Source of the DNA: a virus
DNA length: 64,000 nt
Direction: 5' to 3' (one strand)
IMG/VR virus record: IMGVR_UViG_3300027973_000030
Coordinates: 67,295 to 131,294 of that record
Shown here in pieces: positions 39,429-47,672 of the stretch (the stretch's first letter is position 1; each line of letters starts with the position of its first letter). The position numbers and the translations under genes are program-made. Below the pieces are notes generated by a model. It searched no databases, was not told the origin of the DNA, and saw nothing but the letters and a program-made list of their open reading frames with translations.

Positions 39429-40742
39429 AGCATTATACGTAAACTCAGATACTTTACCTTTAGTCAAGTCATGGATTTCCATAACAGCTTGACGTTTAGC
39501 TCCTGTAAACTTATTGTGATAATGCCAGTAATCTGTCTTAGAAAGTGACGGTAAGTGCTTGATTGAGAACCCGTGAACCTCATTATCTGTAACAAACTCT
39601 ACTACCTTTTTACTATGAAAGTGTCCAGTGTAGCAGGTTCTAAAGCTAGTCATTCCCCATTGTAATGGAAACTCTGTAGCATATACTAATGGTGTATTTT
39701 TCTTAGTGACATCTCCATGCTCAAAAGCAAAGAAGTTTTCACCCCATGTAATCACCTTTCTTTCTGCATAGGTTGCATTAAAAGTGATAGATATTTCTTG
39801 TGTAAAACATTTAGAGAGAGCGTGTACTAAATGATATGATGATAAACGATCATGGTTACCAGGTAGGTAAACCACTTCTAATTCTTTACAGAACTGTTTA
39901 ATAAAGTTAACTGACCAGAACATTGCATCAAATGCCTCATTGTAAGCATCCTGAGCTCTAAGGTCAGAGTCTACTGGTGTTCCCTTAGTAGTTAATCCAC
40001 TGAACGTATCCATGTTAAGAAGGTCTCCTCCAATCACATATACAATTTTTTCTAGATTATGTGACATGTAACTTTTCATAACCAAGTTTGTAATACACTC
40101 TTTAAAGTCTTTTACAATGTCTAGGTTACCCTCTTTACCAAAGTGGAGATCCTGAATGCTCAAGATCCCCACGGTTGGATTATCAAACTTGTTATTAATA
40201 AAAACCTCTGCAATGGGTTTGTAAACAGGTTTAAATGACTTAATTGTTTCAGCTAAAAAGTCTTTTGCCTCCAATTGTTTTTGAGTGACCATAGCTGACA
40301 CTAACCAATAGTCCTTATGTTGTTTGTTCCAATAAGAACTAAGTTTCCATTTGTCAGTATCTATCTTAAGTATTCTAATAATTTCTTCAGCACTCTTAGG
40401 TTCAGCAAAAGCTATACCTTTGATTTCAGCTGTACCCTCTTCTAAGTTTTCTTTAAACTCAACTACTTTCTCTTTGTTTAGATTAATAGCTTCTACTAAA
40501 CTATCTTCTAATTGAGATATATACTGTGACTTAATAGCCTCATCATCAATGAGTTCCATCATTCTTTGTCCAGCTATGTTAATAAGCTGTGAGTCCAGTT
40601 CGTCTTGTAAAAGACCTTTAGTTTGTAAAATTTGTTTCTTGATTTCTTGGTATTTTTGTAGAGAAATACCTAACTTAGAAGCACAGTAGTCATCTGTTTT
40701 CTTCCATTTAAAAGACCCATAGACCTGGTTGATTAGTGTCAT
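39426..40742 (-). CDS. Calcineurin-like metallophosphoesterase with N-terminal HTH-like region
   Basis: 438 aa. All five motifs present: DLHFG, GGDLL, GNHD, HGD, GHFH. N-terminal YCASKLGISLQKYQEIK. Confidence 0.85.
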   Translation of the reverse strand: MTLINQVYGSFKWKKTDDYCASKLGISLQKYQEIKKQILQTKGLLQDELDSQLINIAGQRMMELIDDEAIKSQYISQLEDSLVEAINLNKEKVVEFKENLEEGTAEIKGIAFAEPKSAEEIIRILKIDTDKWKLSSYWNKQHKDYWLVSAMVTQKQLEAKDFLAETIKSFKPVYKPIAEVFINNKFDNPTVGILSIQDLHFGKEGNLDIVKDFKECITNLVMKSYMSHNLEKIVYVIGGDLLNMDTFSGLTTKGTPVDSDLRAQDAYNEAFDAMFWSVNFIKQFCKELEVVYLPGNHDRLSSYHLVHALSKCFTQEISITFNATYAERKVITWGENFFAFEHGDVTKKNTPLVYATEFPLQWGMTSFRTCYTGHFHSKKVVEFVTDNEVHGFSIKHLPSLSKTDYWHYHNKFTGAKRQAVMEIHDLTKGKVSEFTYNA

Positions 40743-40762
40743 ATTGTATATTTTGGTATATG

Positions 40763-40810
40763 GTGTATAAAGCTAGGTGGAAATAATCACCTTAGATACA
40801 TTTTATACAC
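40763..40810. repeat. Nested inverted repeat upstream of the phosphoesterase gene
   Basis: GTGTATAAA (40763-71) pairs with TTTATACAC (40802-10), enclosing AGGTG...CACCT. Confidence 0.5.
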
Positions 40811-40828
40811 ATTTTTTCAACACTGGTT

Positions 40829-40866
40829 TAAAAAGAAACCCCCGATGTAGAAACACCAGGGGTTTT
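40829..40866 (-). terminator. Rho-independent terminator
   Basis: Minus strand AAACCCCUGGUGU-UUCU-ACAUCGGGGGUUU then CUUUUU; the stem is fully paired only on the minus strand (G-U wobbles). Confidence 0.75.
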
Positions 40867-40909
40867 GTAATGTCAGGGAAACCAACAAAACCACTGACTT
40901 TTTTATATT

Positions 40910-41428
40910 TTAAATAGAACCAACTGCACTACATATTACCCCACTACTTGGCACATACATACCACCACCAATACATGGATCAATGGTTGCGGAAGAAGCT
41001 CCAATAGGTATAGTACCATAAAGAGTTGTTCTAAGATTTGTATTTACATTACATGCAACACCTGTATTTGTATACTGTACATCAATTGTAAAGTTAGTGG
41101 CTACAGTTACAGGAGCTGATACAGTAATCTGACCACCCATAAAATCATCTATAGTTCCACCAATACATGGTTGGAAACTAGCACTTGCTCCAGTTACGCT
41201 AACTGTTGTAGCAGTAAAACTTCTTGTTGAACCATATATACCACCGCCACAACTTGCCTCTACAGTTCCTGAATATGATGTAGCAGTTAAACCTGATACA
41301 CTAAATGAATTAGTAGCAGTAGTTGCTGTAGTTACTAAAGCAGCATTATTAGTGGGCCAATACTTTACCCTATACCCCAAAGTAGGAGTAGGCGTTACTG
41401 CCGGAAAAGTTATACTTAAAGTTGCCAT
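40910..41428 (-). CDS. Fn3-like structural (decoration/fibre) protein
   Basis: 172 aa. GYRVKYW...VSGLTATSYSGTVEASC; N-terminus paralogous to 41631-42749. Confidence 0.65.
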   Translation of the reverse strand: MATLSITFPAVTPTPTLGYRVKYWPTNNAALVTTATTATNSFSVSGLTATSYSGTVEASCGGGIYGSTRSFTATTVSVTGASASFQPCIGGTIDDFMGGQITVSAPVTVATNFTIDVQYTNTGVACNVNTNLRTTLYGTIPIGASSATIDPCIGGGMYVPSSGVICSAVGSI

Positions 41429-41631
41429 TATGAATTAGTATTTATCCAAGTATCTGCTTCAATAAGATCATTAAAAAATGGACTAAGTGTATTATGATCT
41501 TTCATAACTACACATCTCATTCCATCATATTGTTTATATATAGTGTAATGAAAATTATTAAGTTTATAAGATGCATGCAATACATGGTCTACACCTAAAT
41601 TATTTTCTACTATAGTTGTTAATTCTTTCAT
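41428..41631 (-). CDS. Hypothetical protein
   Basis: 67 aa; TAATG stop/start coupling on both sides. Confidence 0.6.
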   Translation of the reverse strand: MKELTTIVENNLGVDHVLHASYKLNNFHYTIYKQYDGMRCVVMKDHNTLSPFFNDLIEADTWINTNS

Positions 41632-42749
41632 TATACTACAGGGGTTGTTGTATCATTAATATCTATAGATCCTACATTTGTAGTTCTGTTATATTTAATA
41701 ACAGCTAAACGTTGTCCTCTTGTTAAATTGGATGTAATATTAGGACTTTCTAAATCAGAAGAACCTGTAACAATATTACTACCATTTTTATATGCTGTAA
41801 TTACTTTACTAGCAGATGCTCCTGCTAATGATGAAGTTGCTGTAAGGTTAGTAAATGTATATGCTGGAGAACCAGAATCTCCTTGTTTAACTATACAACC
41901 ACCCTTGTAAAGTTTAAAACTTAAATTTACAGCATTAGTACCAAGAATTTCAAACCAGAAAGCACGACAATCTATAACTATTTCACTTTGTCCTGCACCT
42001 AATTGTGTAAAATCAATCATTACAGATTCATAACCTGTACCTACATTATCAGATCCCCATATTGCTAATGGTTTAACAGCTACACTACACACATTACCAT
42101 TCTCTATATAAGTAGCTGATTGTGGAGTTCTTTTATATTGACTCCAACCTATATATCTACCCTGAGCATTTTGATCTGCATATGTTGTACCATCTATAGA
42201 TACTACTCTTGTTCTTGTATCTAAATCTTTACCATTTGTAAATTCATAAGTGATTACCATGTAATCAGCATCAAACGTAAAGTTTGTTTGACCAACAACA
42301 ATATTTTTAGTAGTTACACAAGCAGTAATAGTATCTGTAACTGTAGCAACATATGTTTGACCAGCTGTTAATCCAGTGGCTGTTATTGTTGTCTGTGCGG
42401 GAACTGTATTCCAACTATATGTATATGTTCCAGAACCTCCTACAATATTACTAATAGTAGCTGTACCGTTAGTTCCTGCTTGATTAGTTGGAGAAGTAGA
42501 AGAAACGTTAAATGTTACAAGACAAGCTAGTTTAGTAAAATTCACTCTTGTAGAGTTAGCAAAACTACATACAGATTCAATAGTACCTGTATAATTATAA
42601 CCAGTTAAACCAGTAATAACTGCAGGACTAGATGCAACAGTTGTTGTTAACACTGTTCCAGGTGTAGAAGTTTCCCAATACCTAACTAGATATCCACCAG
42701 ATGGTGCGGGACTTGCAGCAGTAAAAGTTACACTTAATTGATTAGCCAT
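41631..42749 (-). CDS. Fn3-like plus SprB-repeat structural protein
   Basis: 372 aa. GYLVRYW...ITGLTGYNYTGTIESVC, then NGTATIS..GGSGTYTYSWN..TGLTAG.TYVATVTD...C. Confidence 0.7.
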   Translation of the reverse strand: MANQLSVTFTAASPAPSGGYLVRYWETSTPGTVLTTTVASSPAVITGLTGYNYTGTIESVCSFANSTRVNFTKLACLVTFNVSSTSPTNQAGTNGTATISNIVGGSGTYTYSWNTVPAQTTITATGLTAGQTYVATVTDTITACVTTKNIVVGQTNFTFDADYMVITYEFTNGKDLDTRTRVVSIDGTTYADQNAQGRYIGWSQYKRTPQSATYIENGNVCSVAVKPLAIWGSDNVGTGYESVMIDFTQLGAGQSEIVIDCRAFWFEILGTNAVNLSFKLYKGGCIVKQGDSGSPAYTFTNLTATSSLAGASASKVITAYKNGSNIVTGSSDLESPNITSNLTRGQRLAVIKYNRTTNVGSIDINDTTTPVV

Positions 42750-42753
42750 TTAA

Positions 42754-43224
42754 TTATGCTTGGGTTCCTAAACATTGATCTTTACGAATAAATCTTCCGC
42801 CACTCACTGATCCATCTACAGCACATATAGCTTGGTTTGCTGATAATACATCTACGCTAGTAGTATTATATATACTTACAGAATTTGTAGTACCACATGG
42901 TGTATAAGTATATTGTCCAGTATCAATAAGATCAAAAGTATAACATGAACTAGAACCAGATCCTTGTACACCAAAAGTTTCTACTATTTGTAATCCTGTA
43001 CCACAATCAACCATTAATCTAACTTCTAAAGGATAGCAAGATGGAACACCAGAAATAACAATTGGGTTAGCTTTTTTATTTGCTTCTGTATACCAAGTCT
43101 CAGTACCCACAGCTCTCCATTGTACTGTATAACCTGCACTAGGCATTATACTATCAGTAAAGTACTGAATAGTAAGAGTTTTAAGAGAAGAACAAGGTAA
43201 ATCTATAAGTGCTGATGATGCCAT
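42754..43224 (-). CDS. Cys-rich Fn3-like structural protein
   Basis: 156 aa. GYTVQWR...LEVRLMVDCG; C-terminal CY...YTPCG...IC module. Confidence 0.6.
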   Translation of the reverse strand: MASSALIDLPCSSLKTLTIQYFTDSIMPSAGYTVQWRAVGTETWYTEANKKANPIVISGVPSCYPLEVRLMVDCGTGLQIVETFGVQGSGSSSCYTFDLIDTGQYTYTPCGTTNSVSIYNTTSVDVLSANQAICAVDGSVSGGRFIRKDQCLGTQA

Positions 43225-43235
43225 ATAATTATTTA

Positions 43236-43859
43236 TTATGCAATCGTACCTGTACCGCTCACTTTAACAGATGAGCCAACAAATGCTTTAAATGTTTTAG
43301 GAGTTCCTTGAGTCACTGTAATACTAAATACTTGGTGATCAGTTCCAGTAGCTGTAATCACTGAAGCTCCACCAGACAATGCTGTACTAGGTGCAACAGA
43401 AGCTGCAAAAACTGTAGCACTTGAAATAGCTGCAACAGTTGCTCCAGCAGGAAAAGCTCCTATACCAGCAGTAACTTCTAAAGTCATACCTACAACTAAA
43501 CCAGCTGTAGAACCAACAGTGATAGAAGTAGTAGTACCAGTTGCTCCAGGTGTTGATGTATAAACAGGACCAAGTCCTAAGTATCTTACAACTAAAGGTA
43601 CAGTGGTAGTAGATGTAGCTACATAAGTAGCTCTTGTAATTGGTGTAAGAAATGTACTATTACTATTAATAAGTTTATGTAACTTACTTAATATAGTTGT
43701 TAATCTATCACCATCTAATATACCTAATGCTGGAAAATTTGATCCTACTAGTTTAGTACAATTAGACTGAATAATTTCTTCACATAATTCACCACCTACA
43801 CAAGGTATTAAATTAGTGGCGTTAGAAGGTAGAGGAGTATCGTTACAACCGCAAGACAT
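43236..43859 (-). CDS. Cys-rich structural/fibre protein
   Basis: 207 aa. N-terminal CEEIIQSNCTKLVG...GDRLTTILSKL is shared with the 411-aa protein. Confidence 0.6.
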   Translation of the reverse strand: MSCGCNDTPLPSNATNLIPCVGGELCEEIIQSNCTKLVGSNFPALGILDGDRLTTILSKLHKLINSNSTFLTPITRATYVATSTTTVPLVVRYLGLGPVYTSTPGATGTTTSITVGSTAGLVVGMTLEVTAGIGAFPAGATVAAISSATVFAASVAPSTALSGGASVITATGTDHQVFSITVTQGTPKTFKAFVGSSVKVSGTGTIA

Positions 43860-43883
43860 ATGTTATATTATTAAATGTTTATA

Positions 43884-44438
43884 TTAAGGTGTAACTGTTA
43901 CATCAGCCGTTACTGCCGTAGGTACACTACATACAGCAGGAGCAGAAGTTGTAGCAGAAGTAAATTCACAATCAGTTTTTGTTATAGTTCCTGCTGTAGG
44001 AACCACTCTAATTTTATAAGTTGTACTAGCTGTAAGAGCAGTAAACGTTCCAGTAAGAGTTGTTGTTCCTGTAGGTGTTTGTGAAGATAATTCTGATGTA
44101 CCAGCTGAGTTAAAAAGTTTAACAGCATAACTACTCACTGAACCACCAATCTCTGGAAAACTATATGATATTGTAGTAGTCGCTAATGTAGTTGTAACTG
44201 TAGGACAAATCATATTGATTTGTTTTACAACAGCACTTGAACCAGCTGTTCCACCATTACAATTAGAAACAATTTTAAGATCATATAATAAATTATCACT
44301 AAGACCGGTAACTGTTTCTGTTACAGCTGTCCCTGTCACTGTACTAAATGTTGTCCATGTAGAAGCTGATGCAAGTTTATATTGCACATTTTGTGATGTT
44401 GCACCAGCACCAACCGTCCAATTAAGAGTTACATTCAT
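43884..44438 (-). CDS. Tandem fibronectin type III domain protein
   Basis: 184 aa. LNW...VQYK..W...VTGLSDNLLYDLKI and LTASTTYKIRV. Confidence 0.75.
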   Translation of the reverse strand: MNVTLNWTVGAGATSQNVQYKLASASTWTTFSTVTGTAVTETVTGLSDNLLYDLKIVSNCNGGTAGSSAVVKQINMICPTVTTTLATTTISYSFPEIGGSVSSYAVKLFNSAGTSELSSQTPTGTTTLTGTFTALTASTTYKIRVVPTAGTITKTDCEFTSATTSAPAVCSVPTAVTADVTVTP

Positions 44439-44439
44439 G

Positions 44440-45675
44440 TTATGATAATGTTGCAGTTACAGATGAAATTACTGGACATGGTACAGATAATGTAAACGTT
44501 GCTGTTTTAGAACATGTACTACCATTCTTAGTAAGACATCCATCAACAGTAATTAAATAGTTCTGACCAGCATTTAAACTTGCACCTGACACTGTAAACT
44601 GAATACCGCTAGCATTTGATACTGCTGTAACAAGATTTACATTGTCTGTGTATATATGACCTGACGTATCTGAAATTGTAATTTTAGAACCTAACGCTGT
44701 GCAGTTTGCAAATCCTGAAGGAATAACAGTACCACTACCATTAAAATACACTGTAACTACAGTACGAGCTTCGTTAGCAGATGCTGTAAAACCAAGTAAG
44801 AAAGCTGAACAATCTATATTACCAGCTGCAAGTTTAAGATCATAAATTGTTTGACGCATGTCACATAATACCACCCATATATTTTGAATAGTTGATGCTA
44901 CAGTTGTAGAGCTAGCATTCCAACCTGGTAATCCACTAATAGTACCAGTTGTACTTAATGCATTAGAAGCTCCAAGTCCTTGACATTGTTGAGCAATAGA
45001 TGTACTTAATGCTGTGTTAGTTCCTAATACTCCTCTTAATGTACAATACTGTGCTTCTAATTCATCAAGAACTAAATTCATAGCAGTGGCTACACCTGGA
45101 GTTAAAATACAGTTAGGTGTTACTAAAGGTAAAGATACAGATGGAGCATTCTCCAAAGCTGTAATTCTGGTGTTATAAGTTGCTAAAGTAGTAGTGTGTC
45201 CATCTACTGTAGCTTTTAAAGTACAGAACTGATTACCAAGTCTTAAAGTATATTGGTTGTGTACCAATTGACTTACAGTTTGTCCTGTAGCAGGGTCTGT
45301 ATACTGTAAACAAGTAGGTAATGTAATATTAGGTTCTGTGTATGCTGCTGCACCACTACCAGTGATTGCATCAACTTTTGTATTAAGACAACATACTTTA
45401 TCAATAATAAAATCCAATACCGCTGACAGGGTCTTAGTAGTTGGAGCCGGATTTACGGAAGCACAAAAAGATACAAGACAACTTAAATCCAGAGGAGTTA
45501 AATCCAAAGATGTCTTAATTGTGCAAAGGTCCGTTGCTACCTTGTAAACTACACTAGATATAGTGTCACCATTGCAGAGGTTAATACATGACAAGTCTGG
45601 ACCTTGCCATATGACACAGTTAGAAGATACTGGGGAACAACCCTGATCAGCAGTATTAGATTTCGTAGGTAACAT
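44440..45675 (-). CDS. Cys-rich fibre/needle-like structural protein
   Basis: 411 aa. CSPVSSNCVIWQGPDLSC...GDTISSVV; coiled-coil segment (NTRITALEN); many Cys. Confidence 0.6.
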   Translation of the reverse strand: MLPTKSNTADQGCSPVSSNCVIWQGPDLSCINLCNGDTISSVVYKVATDLCTIKTSLDLTPLDLSCLVSFCASVNPAPTTKTLSAVLDFIIDKVCCLNTKVDAITGSGAAAYTEPNITLPTCLQYTDPATGQTVSQLVHNQYTLRLGNQFCTLKATVDGHTTTLATYNTRITALENAPSVSLPLVTPNCILTPGVATAMNLVLDELEAQYCTLRGVLGTNTALSTSIAQQCQGLGASNALSTTGTISGLPGWNASSTTVASTIQNIWVVLCDMRQTIYDLKLAAGNIDCSAFLLGFTASANEARTVVTVYFNGSGTVIPSGFANCTALGSKITISDTSGHIYTDNVNLVTAVSNASGIQFTVSGASLNAGQNYLITVDGCLTKNGSTCSKTATFTLSVPCPVISSVTATLS

Positions 45676-45699
45676 AATTAATTATATATCAATGAGTTA

Positions 45700-46206
45700 T
45701 TAACAATCAACCACGTGCTCAGCACCGAATAAACCAGACAACTTAGTTTTTAAATGAGCATACCCAAACTCAAATACATCTATACCTTCAGCAGAAGATA
45801 AGTCAGGAACAGTCTTAGTGATTGTTTCTTCTACATCTTGCTCTTGCATAGTCTGTCTTGTAACAGTTTGAATAGTTGGTTCTTCACCTTCTACAGGAGA
45901 AGGTACACTAACTTCTTCAGTTGTTTCTACAGAAACCATACGCTTTACTGTAACAGTTTCTTCTACTTGTTTAGTCATAGCTACATATAAGCTTTCACCA
46001 ATTTGTTGGTTACGAGCTATACCGCCACCCATACCTGGGTAAATACCAGCAGCACCTGGGCTAGCTATATCATCTACACTTTGAAATAATTCAAGTCTGA
46101 AGTTAGCAGAACCATACTTAGAGATCTGATAATCAGCTATTCGTACGTAAGCCTCAGAAGTAATACCCTTATCGGTTCCAATCTGAGAAGTAATTTTTAG
46201 TGCCAT
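45700..46206 (-). CDS. Hypothetical protein (possible fibre-associated)
   Basis: 168 aa ORF downstream of a terminator and a promoter-like core. Confidence 0.6.
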   Translation of the reverse strand: MALKITSQIGTDKGITSEAYVRIADYQISKYGSANFRLELFQSVDDIASPGAAGIYPGMGGGIARNQQIGESLYVAMTKQVEETVTVKRMVSVETTEEVSVPSPVEGEEPTIQTVTRQTMQEQDVEETITKTVPDLSSAEGIDVFEFGYAHLKTKLSGLFGAEHVVDC

Positions 46207-46232
46207 ATAATTTTATGTTTAAGTTTTAAGTA

Positions 46233-46250
46233 GTCTACAATATAATATAC
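46233..46250 (-). promoter_or_regulatory. Third copy of the promoter-like core only
   Basis: Minus strand GTATATTATATTGTAGAC matches the core of the 20261 and 39371 elements; lies directly after a terminator. Confidence 0.45.
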
Positions 46251-46270
46251 ATTATTTTTAGCTAATTAAC

Positions 46271-46301
46271 AAAAAAACCACCCCAATAAATGGAGTGGTT
46301 T
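46271..46301 (-). terminator. Rho-independent terminator
   Basis: Minus strand AAACCACUCCA-UUUAU-UGGGGUGGUUU followed by a U-run. Confidence 0.8.
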
Positions 46302-46327
46302 AGTATATATAGAGGAAAGCAGGGAGT

Positions 46328-46840
46328 TTAGTTCAAAGGAACCACTTTGGTTTCTTCAACTTTTACAAGTTTAAAGAATGTTCCGTAGTTTTCAGAAGTC
46401 TCAACCTTTTCAAAGTCATCAAGAGTAAAGACTTTATACTCTAATTCCTTCTCAGTTTGAAGCAAGTCGTTAAACTCTTTTTCAAATGATTGGTAATCAG
46501 GGTTAATAGTTTTTTTGGTGAACCAGTTACCATCCTTGTCTAGGTCTTTAATAGGCTGACCGTCTGAGTCAAGCTCTTCAATTACCATAGGGATAGATAT
46601 ACCACCCTTGTCATCTTCCTTACCATACTTCTTGATAAGGTCATTTTTAAGTTCCTCTACTGAAGCTTTTTCAGCAGCTACTTTTTTACCTAAGTCTGTT
46701 AACCAGTACTTAGTAACTAAAGATAACTTCTCCTGGATGAGACCAGAAGCAATTTTTTCACCTGTTTGCTGGTTGGTTAAACCATTAAGTTCTGCATCTA
46801 GATTGTAGAACTCAAACAATTTTAAAGAAATTTTTTCCAT
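46328..46840 (-). CDS. Acidic hypothetical protein (DUF1617-like / possible tail assembly chaperone)
   Basis: 170 aa. KYWL...E...LIKKYG...F.KEFNDLL..E.ELE pattern; has its own promoter-like and terminator signals. Confidence 0.55.
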   Translation of the reverse strand: MEKISLKLFEFYNLDAELNGLTNQQTGEKIASGLIQEKLSLVTKYWLTDLGKKVAAEKASVEELKNDLIKKYGKEDDKGGISIPMVIEELDSDGQPIKDLDKDGNWFTKKTINPDYQSFEKEFNDLLQTEKELEYKVFTLDDFEKVETSENYGTFFKLVKVEETKVVPLN

Positions 46841-46869
46841 GTGTTTTTAAATTTTAGATTAATCTGTTA

Positions 46870-46903
46870 CGAATATACAAAGATATGCAAATGTAGTACC
46901 AAA
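46870..46903 (-). promoter_or_regulatory. Bacteroidota sigma-70-type promoter
   Basis: Minus strand TATCTTTG (46885-46878) is an exact TAnnTTTG -7 element. Adjacent variant TATATTCG and an upstream TTTG, but the spacing is not ideal. Confidence 0.5.
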
Positions 46904-46927
46904 AAAGATATCCACAAATGTTAATGT

Positions 46928-47155
46928 CTAAATGACAGATAGTGCTGCTAACACTGCAGACTTGGCTGTATTAAACTCTTCTTCTGTAATAGATGGCCAA
47001 GCTTCTGCATCAGCTGCAAATCTTGTATAGTAGTCTTCATTAGTCATAAACCCTAAAATCTTTTGATCAGGTTTGTTTACTACGTTAGTAACGGTCTTAG
47101 CGTCACTATCAATTCTTACTGGAATTGTGTCAGGTCTTTGTTTGTAAGTTATCAT
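46928..47155 (-). CDS. Hypothetical protein
   Basis: 75 aa; last gene of the fibre cluster. Confidence 0.6.
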   Translation of the reverse strand: MITYKQRPDTIPVRIDSDAKTVTNVVNKPDQKILGFMTNEDYYTRFAADAEAWPSITEEEFNTAKSAVLAALSVI

Positions 47156-47172
47156 ATTTTATTTTTTATTAA

Positions 47173-47646
47173 TTAACAAGGTATTAAATCTAAATAGTAA
47201 GTATCAAATACATAGTTCTGATTACCAGAAGAACTTACAGAAAAATATACGTTATAACTGTTAAAATATTCTCCATAACAGTTAACAGCACTTGTATAAA
47301 CAGAGTAGTTACTACCACAAGTAGTTCCAACACCAATATAAACAGTACCTTGAAAAGCTCCACCTAAATCACCATACCAATACATTGTAACCCCTAATGT
47401 CGTATTTAATGCTTCTGTAGCTGTAGCTGCAAAGTAAGTGTAATTATAACAACCAACATTATTTGGATAAAATAAGTTTATATACACATTGTGAGTTGCT
47501 GGGGCAGCACTATACCCATAGAACTCACTCATAGCATCTGGAGTAGATTTACCAGCTGCAGCACTTAAAGCTCTTAAACTATAAGATCCTCCAACTTCTG
47601 CTTGTATTTGACTAATGCTTATAGCACCTGATGATTGTAAAGCCAT
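47173..47646 (-). CDS. Putative tail-fibre tip adhesin
   Basis: 157 aa. N-terminal MALQSSGAISISQI...MSEFYG attachment-like motif, common after S74 fibres; Tyr/Cys-rich C-terminus. Confidence 0.55.
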   Translation of the reverse strand: MALQSSGAISISQIQAEVGGSYSLRALSAAAGKSTPDAMSEFYGYSAAPATHNVYINLFYPNNVGCYNYTYFAATATEALNTTLGVTMYWYGDLGGAFQGTVYIGVGTTCGSNYSVYTSAVNCYGEYFNSYNVYFSVSSSGNQNYVFDTYYLDLIPC

Positions 47647-47672
47647 ATTGTAAAGATATTAATTATTTTTTA

